Below are positions 39,754-50,349 of a stretch of DNA of 64,000 nt, piece after piece (position 1 is the stretch's first letter; each line of letters opens with the position of its first letter). The stretch lies in assembly GCA_965205265.1 (NCBI GenBank), contig CBDBGH010000003.1, forward strand, positions 3,136,001 through 3,200,000, written 5' to 3'. Both the position numbers and the translations under genes were made by a program. The notes beneath the pieces were generated by a model that ran no database searches, was not told the origin of the DNA, and worked only from the letters and a program-made list of their open reading frames with translations. Source of the DNA: Alphaproteobacteria bacterium. GTDB lineage: Bacteria > Pseudomonadota > Alphaproteobacteria > Bin95.

Positions 39754-41439
39754 ATGCCCAGCACCGATCCGACCGACAAATACATCCCCTTCCAGCCCGT
39801 CGACCTGCCCGACCGCAGCTGGCCGGGCGCCGTCATCACCCGTCCGCCCGTCTGGTGCTCCGTCGATCTGCGCGACGGCAACCAGGCGCTCGTGGAGCCG
39901 ATGGGCCTCCGCCGGAAGCTGCGCATGTTCGAGGAGCTCGTGCGCCTCGGCTTCAAGGAGATCGAGGTTGGCTTCCCCTCCGCCAGCCAGACCGATTTCG
40001 ACTTCTGCCGCCATATCATCGACGAGGGCCTGGTCCCGGACGACGTCACCATCCAGGTGCTCACCCAGTCGCGCGACGAGCTGATCCGGCGCACCTTTGA
40101 GGCCATCGCCGGGTCGCGCCGGGCCATCGTCCATCTCTACAACTCGACCTCGACGCTGCAGCGCCGCGTCGTCTTCGGCCAGGACCGGGCCGGCATCACC
40201 AAGATCGCCGTGGACGGCGCGACGCTGATCCGCGAGCTCACGCCGACCGTGCCGGAGACGGAGGTCATCTACCAGTATTCGCCGGAGAGCTTCACCGGCA
40301 CCGAGCTCGACTACGCCAAGGAAATCTGCGACGCGGTCTCGGAGGTCTGGCAGCCGACGCCGGAGCGCAGGATGATCGTCAACCTGCCGGCCACGGTGGA
40401 GATGGCGACGCCCAATATCTACGCCGACCAGATCGAGTGGATGCACCGCAACCTCGCCCGGCGCGACAGCATCGTGCTGAGCCTGCACCCGCACAACGAC
40501 CGGGGCACGGGCGTGGCCGCCGCCGAGCTCGCCTTCATGGCGGGCGCCGAGCGCATCGAGGGCACGCTGTTCGGCAATGGCGAGCGCACCGGCAATGTCG
40601 ATATCGTGACGCTCGCGATCAACATGTACACCCAGGGCGTCGATCCCGGTCTCGACTTCTCCGACATCAACCGCACCATCGAGGTGGCGGAGCACTGCAA
40701 CCGGCTGCCGGTCCATCCCCGCCATCCCTGGGCGGGCGAGCTGGTCTATACCGCCTTCTCGGGCTCCCACCAGGACGCGATCAAGAAGGGCTTCACGGCG
40801 CTGGAGCAGGCGAACAGCCCGGTCTGGGAGGTTCCCTACCTGCCTATCGACCCGGCCGACCTCGGCCGCACCTACGAGACGGTCGTCAGGATCAACAGCC
40901 AGTCCGGCAAGGGCGGCATCGCCTATATCCTGGAGCGTTCATTCGGCGTCTCGCTGCCGCGCTCGGTGCAGATCGAGTTCAGCCAGCAGGTGCAGCAGAT
41001 CGCCGACGAGACCGAGGAGGAGCTGGCCCCGGCGCGCATCTGGGAGGCATTCGAGAAGGCGTATCTGAAGGCCAGTTCGCCGCTGGAGTTCGTCTCGGAC
41101 GCAACCCGCCCGGACCCCCACGCCTCGGAAATGCGGATCATCACCGCCACCTTGCGCGAGAACGGCGTCGAGCGGTCGATCACGGGCCGCGGCAACGGGC
41201 CGATCGACGCCTATATGGACGCGCTGCGCACCGCCTACGGCCTCGACCTCACGCTGACCGACTTCCACGAGCATGCGGTCGGCAAGGGCGCCGGCGCGAC
41301 GGCGGCGGCCTTCGTGCAGATGACGCGGCCGGACGGCGGCACCGTCCACGGCGCCGGCATGGACCCGGACATCGTCTCCGCCTCCCTCAAAGCCGTCACC
41401 AGCGCCGTCAACCGCGCCGGCAGCCTCGTGCTTTCGTGA
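39754..41439 (+). CDS. leuA: 2-isopropylmalate synthase (yeast/actinobacterial-type)
   Basis: SVDLRDGNQAL, NLPATVEM, SLHPHNDRG, GNGERTGN, SGSHQDAIKKG, NSQSGKGG; regulatory domain GNGPIDA. Confidence 0.97.
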   Translation: MPSTDPTDKYIPFQPVDLPDRSWPGAVITRPPVWCSVDLRDGNQALVEPMGLRRKLRMFEELVRLGFKEIEVGFPSASQTDFDFCRHIIDEGLVPDDVTIQVLTQSRDELIRRTFEAIAGSRRAIVHLYNSTSTLQRRVVFGQDRAGITKIAVDGATLIRELTPTVPETEVIYQYSPESFTGTELDYAKEICDAVSEVWQPTPERRMIVNLPATVEMATPNIYADQIEWMHRNLARRDSIVLSLHPHNDRGTGVAAAELAFMAGAERIEGTLFGNGERTGNVDIVTLAINMYTQGVDPGLDFSDINRTIEVAEHCNRLPVHPRHPWAGELVYTAFSGSHQDAIKKGFTALEQANSPVWEVPYLPIDPADLGRTYETVVRINSQSGKGGIAYILERSFGVSLPRSVQIEFSQQVQQIADETEEELAPARIWEAFEKAYLKASSPLEFVSDATRPDPHASEMRIITATLRENGVERSITGRGNGPIDAYMDALRTAYGLDLTLTDFHEHAVGKGAGATAAAFVQMTRPDGGTVHGAGMDPDIVSASLKAVTSAVNRAGSLVLS

Positions 41440-41513
41440 GGGCGGACGGAGAAGGCCGGAAGCCGCGCCGCCCGCTTTGCCATGCCTGACCGCTTTCGAC
41501 AGAATGGGCGCCC

Positions 41514-43028
41514 ATGAGCCGCAAACGCTTCGTCGCGGCGCTGATGCGCCACGAGACCAACACCTTCTCGCCCGTGCCGACCCCGGTGTCCGCCTTCGGG
41601 CGCGTCGGGCCGACGGACAGGCCGGCGCGGGACGGGGAGGCGGTGCGCGTCTATCGCGGCACCAACAATCCGCTCGCCGCCTATATCGACATCGCCGAGC
41701 GCGAAGGCGCGGCGCTGGCCGTGCCGATTGCGGCCAACGCGCATCCGAGCGCGCCGGCGCCGGACGCGATCCTCGACCTCGTCGCCGACGCCGTGCTGGA
41801 AGCGGTCGGGCAGGGCTGCGACGCGCTCTTCCTCGACCTGCACGGCGCGATGGTGACGGAGGGCTTCGACGACGGCGAGGGCGAGCTGCTGCGCCGCATC
41901 CGGGCCGCGGCGCCGGACCTGCCGGTTGCGGTCGCGCTCGATTTCCACACCAACCTGACGCGCGACCTGGCGCTGCTGCCGACGGTGCTCGCCGGCTACC
42001 GCACCTATCCGCATATCGACATGTACGAGACCGGCATGCGGGCGGGCGAGGCGCTGCTCAAGGCCATGAACGGCGCGGCCGCGGCGACCGCCTGGCATTC
42101 CCTGCCGCTGATGCCGCACATGAACGTGCATTCGCCCTCGCGCCCGCCCATGCAAGCGATCATGGACCGCGCCAGCGCGGCCGAAGACAGCGGCGAGGTG
42201 CTGCTGGCCTCGGTGTTCGGCTGCTTCCCGCTCGCCGATATCGAGCATGTCGGCATTTCCGCCGTGGTGCAGGGGCCGGCGGACAGGGCGGAGCGGCTGG
42301 TGCTCGACCTGATGGGCGAGGCCTGGGAGAAGCGCGCCGACTTCCTGTTCGAAATCGAGGACATGGCGGGGTCCATATCCCGCGCCGCTGCGATGAAGGA
42401 CGGAGCCGGGCCCGTGCTGCTGGTCGATCACGGCGACAATACCGGGTCCGGCGGCAACCAGGATGTGATGGCGGCGCTCCGGGAATGCCTCCGGCAGGGC
42501 CTGACCGGCATGGCGGCGGGACCGTTCGCCGACCCGGAGGCCGTGGCGGAGATGATCGCCGCCGGCGTCGGCGCGGAGGTCGAGGTCGAGATCGGCGGCA
42601 AGACCGACATGCCCGCCATGGGGCTCGAGGGCGAGCCGCTCCGGCTTCGCGGCCGGGTGCGCCGGATCACGGACGGCGAGTTCACCGTCACCGGGCCGAT
42701 GTTCACCGGCGTCAGGCTTTCCATCGGGCGCACCGCCGTGCTCGACACGGGCGCGGCCGAGGTCGTCGTCTCGGAAGAGCGCTACGAGCCCTTCGATACG
42801 GGCTGCTTCACCCATTGCGGCATCGACCCGGCCGCCAAGCGCTATGTCCTCATCAAGTCGCGCCAGCATTTCCGCGCCGGCTTCGAGCCGATCGCGCGCG
42901 AAATCGTGATGCTGGCCGGGCCGGGAACGACCACCTCCGACTACAGCCTCTTTCCCTGGAAGAAGCTGCGCCGGCCGATCTACCCGCTCGATCCCGACAT
43001 TCCCTCGAACCTGCCGAGCCAAGCCTGA
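41514..43028 (+). CDS. M81 family metallopeptidase (MlrC-like)
   Basis: HETNTFSP, LDLHGAM, DGEGELL, LDFHTN, YRTYPHID, DHGDN, KSRQHFRA. Confidence 0.93.
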   Translation: MSRKRFVAALMRHETNTFSPVPTPVSAFGRVGPTDRPARDGEAVRVYRGTNNPLAAYIDIAEREGAALAVPIAANAHPSAPAPDAILDLVADAVLEAVGQGCDALFLDLHGAMVTEGFDDGEGELLRRIRAAAPDLPVAVALDFHTNLTRDLALLPTVLAGYRTYPHIDMYETGMRAGEALLKAMNGAAAATAWHSLPLMPHMNVHSPSRPPMQAIMDRASAAEDSGEVLLASVFGCFPLADIEHVGISAVVQGPADRAERLVLDLMGEAWEKRADFLFEIEDMAGSISRAAAMKDGAGPVLLVDHGDNTGSGGNQDVMAALRECLRQGLTGMAAGPFADPEAVAEMIAAGVGAEVEVEIGGKTDMPAMGLEGEPLRLRGRVRRITDGEFTVTGPMFTGVRLSIGRTAVLDTGAAEVVVSEERYEPFDTGCFTHCGIDPAAKRYVLIKSRQHFRAGFEPIAREIVMLAGPGTTTSDYSLFPWKKLRRPIYPLDPDIPSNLPSQA

Positions 43029-43042
43029 AGGAGGCAGCAGCC

Positions 43043-43414
43043 ATGACGCTCACCATGCTCCAGCACGTCAACATCATGACGGACAAGCTCGACGAGACCG
43101 TCGCCTTCTACGAGGACATTCTGGGTTTCGAGAACGGCGAGCGCCCGAATTTCGCCTTCCCCGGCGCCTGGCTCTATTGCGGCGAGGAGGCGGTCATCCA
43201 CCTGATCGGCGTGGACGAGCAGGACAAGTCCGGGTCGGGCTGCATCGACCATGTCGCCTTCGCGGCCGAAGGCTTCGAGCGCTACACCGCCTTTCTCGGC
43301 GACAAGGGCTATGAGCACGAGACCCGCGTGGTGCCGGGCGGCAGGCTCCGCCAGATCTTCGTCCGCGACCCCAACGACGTGCTGATCGAGCTGAACTTCC
43401 GCGCGGACGAGTAG
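43043..43414 (+). CDS. VOC/glyoxalase family protein
   Basis: LQHVNI..DKLDET..FY, FPGAWLY, IDHVAF, QIFVRDPN..IELNF; GGAGG RBS. Confidence 0.9.
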   Translation: MTLTMLQHVNIMTDKLDETVAFYEDILGFENGERPNFAFPGAWLYCGEEAVIHLIGVDEQDKSGSGCIDHVAFAAEGFERYTAFLGDKGYEHETRVVPGGRLRQIFVRDPNDVLIELNFRADE

Positions 43415-43427
43415 CGCGGGCGCCCGC

Positions 43428-44294
43428 CTACCAGCGGAGCGCGGTCGTCGCCCAGGTCGGGCGGACGCCGAGTTCGGCGGAGCGTTGCGCGAGGCGCGCC
43501 GGGTCGGGCGGCGTGCCCACTTCCTCGGCATGGATGCCGCCGGAGAGGAAGAGCGTGTCGATGCCCCAGGCGTTGCCGCCGGCGATGTCGGTCCTGAGCC
43601 CGTCGCCGACCATCAGCGCGCGCGCCGGGTCGGGGCTGCCGAGGGCCTCCAGCGCACGCGCGAACACCGCGCCGTCCGGCTTGCCGTGCCAGGCGACATC
43701 GCCGCCGAGCTCGACATAGCGGACGGCCAGCGAGCCCGCGCAGAGCGAGAGCCTGTCGCCGATATGCACGACAAGGTCCGGATTGGCGCAGACCATCGGC
43801 AGGCCCCGCGCCGCGCCCGCCGCCAGCAGCGGCTCGTAGTCCGCAACCGTCTCGTCCCAGCCGTCGATGCCGGTGCAGAGGATGAAATCGGCGTCCTCCA
43901 CCCGCTCCACGATGTCGAGGCCGTTGCCCTCTCGCACATCGTTGTCGCGCTCCGGCCCGACATGCAGGCAGCGCCGCCCGAGCCGCGCATGCCAGGGATC
44001 GCTGCGGTGCCGGAGCGCGGCCCAGGCCGACTCGCCCGACGACATGACCGCGTCGTAGAGGCTCCGGGGCACGCCCATATCGTCGAGGCGGCGGATGAGC
44101 GAGGCGATCCGGCGCGGGCCGTTGGAGAGGAAGCAGACCCGCTTGCCGCCGCCCGCCCGGAGCCGCTCCAACGCATCCAGCGCCGCCGGGAAGGGCCGGA
44201 CGCCATCATGCAGGCAGCCCCAGAGATCGACGAGATAGGAGTCGTAACGATCCGCCAGCGGCGCAAGGCCGGGCACGATTCCGGTGGCGCTCAC
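43428..44294 (-). CDS. HAD-superfamily IIA hydrolase (TIGR01459-like)
   Basis: DLWGCLHDG, LSNGPR, CANPDL, HGKP, MVGDGLRTDIAG. Confidence 0.92.
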   Translation of the reverse strand: MSATGIVPGLAPLADRYDSYLVDLWGCLHDGVRPFPAALDALERLRAGGGKRVCFLSNGPRRIASLIRRLDDMGVPRSLYDAVMSSGESAWAALRHRSDPWHARLGRRCLHVGPERDNDVREGNGLDIVERVEDADFILCTGIDGWDETVADYEPLLAAGAARGLPMVCANPDLVVHIGDRLSLCAGSLAVRYVELGGDVAWHGKPDGAVFARALEALGSPDPARALMVGDGLRTDIAGGNAWGIDTLFLSGGIHAEEVGTPPDPARLAQRSAELGVRPTWATTALRW

Positions 44295-44309
44295 AGCCTG
44301 CAGCCGATG

Positions 44310-45365
44310 CTATTGCGGCGCGGCGGAAGAGTAGGCCGGCACCGGCGCCCCGGCTTCCGGCCGGGCGCTGCGGGCGGGTTCCATGCTGCGGGCGAGATCG
44401 CGCGCCATGCGGTAGGGCAGCAGGCTTCCGCCGTAGATGAGCGCGGTGTTGAACTGCACCAGGGACGCGCCGGCCTCAAGCCTTTCGCGCGCGTCTTCCG
44501 CGTTCTCGATGCCGCCCACGCCGATCAGATCGACCTTGCCTTCGCTCGCGGCCCGGATATCGCGCAGGGCCTCGGTGGCAAGGGCCTTGATCGGCCGGCC
44601 GCTCAAGCCGCCCTGCTCGCCCCGCTCCGGCGAGCGCAGGCCGGCGGGCCGGGAAACGGTCGTGTTGGAGACCACCACGCCGTCCACCGGCATCGTCGCA
44701 AGGGCCCGGCCGAGCGCTGCCCGCTCCGCCTTGCCGAGATCGGGGCAGAGCTTGACCCAGAGCGCCGCGCCCGAAGGCGATACGCTGCGCACGCGCTCCA
44801 CGATCCGGCGAAGCTCGCCTTCCGTCTGCAGCGCGCGCAGGCCCGGCGTGTTGGGAGACGACACATTGACGGTGACGAAATCCGCGAGGCCGGCGACCGA
44901 CCGTGCGACTGCCGCATAGTCGGCGGCGGCATCCTCGCTCGTCCTGTTCTTGGCGAGGTTGACGCCGACCGTGCCCCGTCCGCCCCAGTTGCGGTAGCGT
45001 TCCAGCCGCCGCGCAACGGCGTCCGCGCCGTGGCTGTAGAAGCCCATGCGGTTGATGACCGCCCGGTCGGCGGCAAGGCGGAACAGCCTCGGCTGCGGAT
45101 TGCCGGGCTGCGGCCTCGGCGTGACCCCGCCGATCTCGACAAAGCCGAATCCGAGGCCGAGCAGGCTGCGGACAACTTCTCCATGCCTGTCGAAGCCGGC
45201 TGCGAGGCCTACCGGATTATCCGCTTCGATTCCCGCCCTGCGCACGGGCAGCGCCGGAGGCCGCAGGCGGAGAGGAGAAAATTGGAGGAGCCGAAGCGCC
45301 ATATTGTGCGCTTTTTCAGGCGGCAGCAGATGAAGCACCCTGCTGGGCGGCCACAGATGGTACAC
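44310..45365 (-). CDS. pyrD: quinone-dependent dihydroorotate dehydrogenase
   Basis: NPVGLAAGFD, QPGNPQPRLFRL, INRMGF, NVSSPNTPGLR, SNTT, GGLSG, GVGGI. Confidence 0.95.
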   Translation of the reverse strand: MYHLWPPSRVLHLLPPEKAHNMALRLLQFSPLRLRPPALPVRRAGIEADNPVGLAAGFDRHGEVVRSLLGLGFGFVEIGGVTPRPQPGNPQPRLFRLAADRAVINRMGFYSHGADAVARRLERYRNWGGRGTVGVNLAKNRTSEDAAADYAAVARSVAGLADFVTVNVSSPNTPGLRALQTEGELRRIVERVRSVSPSGAALWVKLCPDLGKAERAALGRALATMPVDGVVVSNTTVSRPAGLRSPERGEQGGLSGRPIKALATEALRDIRAASEGKVDLIGVGGIENAEDARERLEAGASLVQFNTALIYGGSLLPYRMARDLARSMEPARSARPEAGAPVPAYSSAAPQ

Positions 45366-45409
45366 CGCGTTTCCACACTCCAGTCAGAAGCGCGTCAGGA
45401 CGCAAGGAA

Positions 45410-45471
45410 CGTCAACCTGTAGCGCCCAACGCTTCGGCGTACACTATATGTAGCCAAGGCCCCAATGTAAA
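45410..45471 (-). promoter_or_regulatory. pyrD promoter with tandem NrdR-box-like sites
   Basis: TTTACA(45471)-N17-TATAGT(45448); ACACTATATGTAGCCA (45441) and CGTCAACCTGTAGCGC (45410), starts 31 bp apart. Confidence 0.6.
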
Positions 45472-45517
45472 CGAGATTGTCCCCAATCTCATCAAGCGGA
45501 TTGTCGCAAGCGCCTGC

Positions 45518-46327
45518 CTAAACCGCGGACAGGTCGAAGTCGGCGATGACGGGGGCGTGGTCGGAGGGGCGTTCCCAGCCGCGCGCGTCGCGCAGCACCT
45601 CCGCCCCGGCGAGCGCGCCCGACAGCGCGGGCGTCGCCCAGATATGGTCGAGCCGCCGCCCCCGGTCGGAGGCCGACCAGTCGCGCGCCCGGTAGCTCCA
45701 CCAGCTGTAGAGTTTCTGCTCCGGCGGGATGAAACGGCGCACGACATCGGTCCAGCCATGTGAGTCCTGCACCGCCGCCAGGTGCTCCACCTCGACGGGC
45801 GTGTGGCTCACCACCTTGAGGAGCTGGCGGTGCGACCAGACATCGGTTTCCAGCGGCGCGATATTGAGATCGCCGACCATCACCCGGCGCGCGCCGTCGT
45901 CCCGCCGGTCCCGCCACCAGCCGGTCATCTCCTGAAGGAACTGCAGCTTGTGCGCGAACTTGTCGTTGATGTCCGGGTCCGGCTCGTCGCCGCCCGCCGG
46001 CACGTAGAAATTGTGGATTTCGATGCCCGCGACGGTGGCGAAGGCGTGGCGCCCGTCCGAACGCCCGCACCAGTCGCGCGTGCCGCCGTTCTCGATGGGG
46101 AGCCGCGAAAACACCGCGACGCCGTGATAGCCCTTGATGCCGTAGAGCACCGAGTGGCGGTAGCCGAGCGCATGGAACGGCTCGACGGGGAAATGGCGGC
46201 TCTCGACCTTGACCTCCTGGAGGCAGAGCACATCGGGCGCGCGCTCCGCCGCCAGCCGCTCGACGCTGTCGATGCGCAGCCGGACCGAGTTCACATTCCA
46301 GCTGGCGATCCTGAGCCGGTCAGCCAT
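45518..46327 (-). CDS. xth: exodeoxyribonuclease III
   Basis: SWNVNS, LCLQE.K, YHGVA, GDLNIAP, WWSYR, GRRLDH, PSDHAP. Confidence 0.95.
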   Translation of the reverse strand: MADRLRIASWNVNSVRLRIDSVERLAAERAPDVLCLQEVKVESRHFPVEPFHALGYRHSVLYGIKGYHGVAVFSRLPIENGGTRDWCGRSDGRHAFATVAGIEIHNFYVPAGGDEPDPDINDKFAHKLQFLQEMTGWWRDRRDDGARRVMVGDLNIAPLETDVWSHRQLLKVVSHTPVEVEHLAAVQDSHGWTDVVRRFIPPEQKLYSWWSYRARDWSASDRGRRLDHIWATPALSGALAGAEVLRDARGWERPSDHAPVIADFDLSAV

Positions 46328-47342
46328 TGAGCGCGGCCTTCTCCGCCTCGGTATAGAAGGCGTCGGCGTGGATGTCCTCGGGGCGCATGTCGCGGATTTC
46401 CAGCATTTCGGTCGCCGCCTCGACCATCACTGGCGGGCCGGCGAGATAGGCCTTGCAGCCGTCGAGATCGTCGAAATCGGCCGCCACGGCGTCATGCACG
46501 AAGCCCGTGCGCCGGTCCGTGCCGCCCTCCGGCTCCGACAGCACGATCTGGACGCTGAGCCGCTCGTGCTTCGACGCCAGGCCGGCGAGTTCCTCTTCGA
46601 GATAGACGTCGCATTCGCCGCGCACCCCGAAGTAGAAATAGATAGGCTGCGGCATGTCCTTTGCGAGCGCCGTTTCCACGATCGCCTTGATCGGCGCGAG
46701 GCCCGACCCGCCCGCTATGGCGAGGATCGGGCCGCGATGGGCGTCCCTCAGATAGGCGGCGCCGTACGGCCCCTCGACCGCGACGGCGTCGCCTTCCTTC
46801 ACCCCGCCCTGGACGAAGTTGGACACCTCCCCGTCGTCCATCGCGCGGATGTGGAATTCGAGCATGCCGCCGGGACCGGTCGCCATCGAATAATCGCGCG
46901 CCGGCCGGCCGGCGAAGCCGAGCGAGGCGTACTGGCCCGCCGTATAGGCGAACTCGACGCCTTCCGGCACGGCAAGGCGCAGGCGCACGATGTCATGCGT
47001 CATCTCGGTGCGCTCGGCCACCACCGCCTCGAAGCGGCGCAGCGGATGGGCGACCATCTCCTCGTCGTCATTGAGCCACGCGACCTCGAGGTTCTCCTGC
47101 GGGTGCGAGCGGCAGGCGAGCACGAAGCCGCTTTCCTTCTCCTCGTCCGTCAGCGCAAAGTCGGAATAGGGCTCCATCTCCACGCTGCCCGCATAGAGGC
47201 GGCTCTTGCAGGCGCCGCAATTGCCCGACCGGCAGCCATGCGGATAGGGCACGCCCAGTTCCAGCGCCGCTTCCAGCAGCGTCTGGTCCTCGTCCACCTC
47301 GACCGCCTCGCCCCACTGGGCAATCTTCACGACATGGGTCAT
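46320..47342 (-). CDS. 2Fe-2S ferredoxin/FAD/NAD(P)-binding oxidoreductase
   Basis: CRSGNCGAC...LAC, RDYS, GPYG, AGGSGLAP, YLAGPP.M. Confidence 0.92.
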   Translation of the reverse strand: MTHVVKIAQWGEAVEVDEDQTLLEAALELGVPYPHGCRSGNCGACKSRLYAGSVEMEPYSDFALTDEEKESGFVLACRSHPQENLEVAWLNDDEEMVAHPLRRFEAVVAERTEMTHDIVRLRLAVPEGVEFAYTAGQYASLGFAGRPARDYSMATGPGGMLEFHIRAMDDGEVSNFVQGGVKEGDAVAVEGPYGAAYLRDAHRGPILAIAGGSGLAPIKAIVETALAKDMPQPIYFYFGVRGECDVYLEEELAGLASKHERLSVQIVLSEPEGGTDRRTGFVHDAVAADFDDLDGCKAYLAGPPVMVEAATEMLEIRDMRPEDIHADAFYTEAEKAALNG

Positions 47343-47356
47343 GGAATGCGCGCCCT

Positions 47357-48748
47357 CTATTCCAGGGACTTGATGATGCCTTCGCACATCGCCTTGGCGT
47401 CGCCGAACAGCATCATCGTATTCTCGTTGAAGAAAAGCGGGTTATCGACGCCGGCATAGCCGCTCGCCATCGACCGCTTGACGAACATGACCATCCGCGA
47501 CCGGTCCACCTCCAGCACCGGCATGCCGTAGATCGGGCTGGACGTATCGTTGCGCGCGGACGGGTTGGTGATGTCGTTGGCGCCGATCACGAAGGCGATG
47601 TCGGTGGAGGGGAAATCGCGGTTGATGGCCTCCATCTCGACCACCTTGTCGTAAGGCACGTTGGCCTCCGCCAGCAGCACATTCATGTGCCCCGGCATCC
47701 GCCCTGCGACCGGATGGATGGCGAAGCGCACCCGCACGCCCTCCCCTTCCAGCATGTCGACCATTTCGCGCAGCGCATGCTGGGCCTGGGCCACCGCCAT
47801 GCCGTAGCCCGGCACCACCACCACGGAGCCGGCATTGCGCAGCATGAAGGCCGCGTCGTCGGCATTGCCGGCCTTGACCGGCCCCCGGTCGGCAGCCTCT
47901 CCCGTCGGTCCCTCGGTCTCGCCGCCGAAGCCGCCCAGCAGCACATGGGCGAGCGAGCGGTTCATGCCCTTGCACATGATGTATGAGAGGATCGCCCCGG
48001 ACGCGCCGACCAGCGCCCCCGTGATAATCATCAGCGGGTTGTCGAGCGTGAAGCCGATGCCGCAGGAGGCCCAGCCCGAGGCCGAGTTCAGCACCGAGAT
48101 CACGACCGGCATGTCCGCCCCGCCGATGGGGATGACCACCAGCACGCCCCAGACCAGCGCCGCGAGCGCAAGCGCCCAGAACAGCCCCGCCGTGCCCCAG
48201 CCGGCGAAGGCGAGCGCGGCCATCAGCACGATGAGGCCGACGAAGGCGTTGACCGCACGCTGGCCGGTGAAGGTGATGGGCGCGCTTTGCATCAACCCGT
48301 GCAGCTTGGCGAAGGCAACGACCGAGCCGGTGAAGGTGACGGCGCCGATGGCGGTCGAGGCCATGATCTCGACCAGGCTGTGGGTCGCGAGCCCGCCTTC
48401 CAGCGGAATGCCGTAGAGGCTCGGGCTCTCCAGGGCGGCGGCGGCGATCAGCACCGCCGCGAGGCCGACCAGGCTGTTGAAGATCGCGACCAGCTGCGGC
48501 AGGTCCGTGATCTTGACCCTGAGCGCGATCACCGTGCCGATGGCGCCGCCGATGACAATGCCGCCCAGCACCAGCTCGAAGGTAACGATCTGCGGGCGGA
48601 GCAGCGTTGCGCCGATGGCGATCGCCATGCCGGCTATGGCGATCCAGTTCCCCCGGCGCGCGGTTTCCGGGGAGGCGAGGCCCCGGATTCCCAGGATGAA
48701 GCAGATGGCCGCCACAAGGTAGGCGAAGGATGCAATCGAGGCTTCCAT
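47357..48748 (-). CDS. pntB: NAD(P) transhydrogenase subunit beta
   Basis: IGGADMPVVIS.LNS, MCKGMNRS, PGYGMAVAQAQ, HPVAGRMPGHMNVLLAEA, GANDITNP. Confidence 0.97.
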   Translation of the reverse strand: MEASIASFAYLVAAICFILGIRGLASPETARRGNWIAIAGMAIAIGATLLRPQIVTFELVLGGIVIGGAIGTVIALRVKITDLPQLVAIFNSLVGLAAVLIAAAALESPSLYGIPLEGGLATHSLVEIMASTAIGAVTFTGSVVAFAKLHGLMQSAPITFTGQRAVNAFVGLIVLMAALAFAGWGTAGLFWALALAALVWGVLVVIPIGGADMPVVISVLNSASGWASCGIGFTLDNPLMIITGALVGASGAILSYIMCKGMNRSLAHVLLGGFGGETEGPTGEAADRGPVKAGNADDAAFMLRNAGSVVVVPGYGMAVAQAQHALREMVDMLEGEGVRVRFAIHPVAGRMPGHMNVLLAEANVPYDKVVEMEAINRDFPSTDIAFVIGANDITNPSARNDTSSPIYGMPVLEVDRSRMVMFVKRSMASGYAGVDNPLFFNENTMMLFGDAKAMCEGIIKSLE

Positions 48749-48752
48749 CCCC

Positions 48753-49169
48753 TCAGCCGCCCTTCTTGCGGTACATCTGGAGCATTCTCTGGGTGATGAT
48801 GAAGCCGCCGAAGATATTGACGGAGGCAACCACGACGGCGACGAAGCCCAGCAGCTTGGAGACGCCGAAAATGGCGGGTCCGGCGGCGATCATCGCCCCC
48901 AGCACGACCACGCCGGAAATCGCGTTGGCGACCGACATGAGGGGCGCATGCAGCGCCGGCGTCACCTTCCAGACCACGTAATAGCCGACGAAACAGGCAA
49001 GCGCGAAGACGGTGAGGCCGAACAGCACAGGGTCGGTTGCAGGCGCATCCGCCTGGGCGGCCCGGTGGGCGAGGTCGGCCGCCTCCGTTGCCAGCCGCTG
49101 CGCCTCGTCGGCGAGCTGGCTGGCGCGGTCGGCAATCGCCGCCGCATCCCGGTTCAGGGGTTCAGCCAT
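48753..49169 (-). CDS. pntAb: NAD(P) transhydrogenase alpha subunit, part 2 (membrane)
   Basis: [37 protein letters not shown]. Confidence 0.95.
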   Translation of the reverse strand: MAEPLNRDAAAIADRASQLADEAQRLATEAADLAHRAAQADAPATDPVLFGLTVFALACFVGYYVVWKVTPALHAPLMSVANAISGVVVLGAMIAAGPAIFGVSKLLGFVAVVVASVNIFGGFIITQRMLQMYRKKGG

Positions 49170-50259
49170 CGGAAGCGTCCTTCGGGTTCAGCGCCGTCGC
49201 GGAAACGATCGGATCGTCGTAGTCGGGCGCGAGCGCGCCCCGCTCCTTGTCCACCAGCAGTTCCGCAAAATTGACGAGGTTGCGCGCATAGAGGGCGCTG
49301 GCGTCCTGCGCCACACGGGACGGCAGGTCGCTGTCGCCCACGATGAACACCCCCTGTTCCTCCACGATGCGGTCCGCGCGGCTCAGCTCGCAATTGCCGC
49401 CCTGGGCGACGGCGATATCGACGACCACGGAGCCGGGCGGCATGGCGCGCACCATGTCCGCCGAAAGCAGGCGCGGCGCGGGCCGGCCGGGAATCTGCGC
49501 GGTCGTGATGACGATATTCGTGCGCGCGAGCGTCTCGGCCAGCTTGTCGGCCTGCTCGCGCCTGTAGTCCTCGCCCATCTCCCGGGCGTAACCGCCTTCG
49601 TCCTCGGCGAGGCTGGGCTGCCTGTGGTCCACCTCGATGAAGCTGGCGCCGAGGCTCTCCACCTGCTCGCGCGCCGCCGGGCGCACATCCATCGCCGACA
49701 CGACGGCCCCGAGGCGCCGCGCCGTCGCGATCGCCTGGAGGCCGGCCACGCCGGCGCCCAGGATGAGAACCCGCGCCGGCGCGATGGTGCCGGCGGCCGT
49801 CACCATCATCGGGAAGGCGCGGCCGAAGAGGTCGGCGGCGCGGACCACCGCCGCATAGCCCGCGAGATTGGACTGGCTCGAAAGCGCATCCATGGCCTGC
49901 GCGCGGGTGATGCGCGGCATGAGTTCCATCGCGAACGCCTCGACGCCCGCCGCGGCCAGCGCGGCCGGGCCGCCGTCGTCGCCGAAGGGCGCAAGCAGGC
50001 CCGCCAGCATGGCCCCCCGCTTCAACCGCCCGACCGCCGGCATCTGCACCGCAAGCACGAGATCCGCCGCTTCAAGCGCCTCGGGATCCGTTGCCGCGCC
50101 GGCCTCTGCATAGGCGGCGTCCGTGTAGCCGGCGGCCGTCCCGGCATCGGGCTCCACGCGCACCTCGAAGCCCATCGCCAGCAGCCGCTTCACGCTGTCC
50201 GGCGTTGCAGCGACGCGGCGCTCGCGCGGCGCGGTTTCCTTCGGTATCCCAGCAAGCAT
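49162..50259 (-). CDS. pntAa: NAD(P) transhydrogenase alpha subunit, part 1
   Basis: GIPKE...[48 protein letters not shown]. Confidence 0.96.
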   Translation of the reverse strand: MLAGIPKETAPRERRVAATPDSVKRLLAMGFEVRVEPDAGTAAGYTDAAYAEAGAATDPEALEAADLVLAVQMPAVGRLKRGAMLAGLLAPFGDDGGPAALAAAGVEAFAMELMPRITRAQAMDALSSQSNLAGYAAVVRAADLFGRAFPMMVTAAGTIAPARVLILGAGVAGLQAIATARRLGAVVSAMDVRPAAREQVESLGASFIEVDHRQPSLAEDEGGYAREMGEDYRREQADKLAETLARTNIVITTAQIPGRPAPRLLSADMVRAMPPGSVVVDIAVAQGGNCELSRADRIVEEQGVFIVGDSDLPSRVAQDASALYARNLVNFAELLVDKERGALAPDYDDPIVSATALNPKDASDG

Positions 50260-50349
50260 GCCACCTCTCCGAGCGCGGGGTTGTTGCATTGCACAACGGG
50301 TTTGGCAAGCGCACGCATTGTCGCTAGGCTGACCCTTCGGAGGGGTCCA

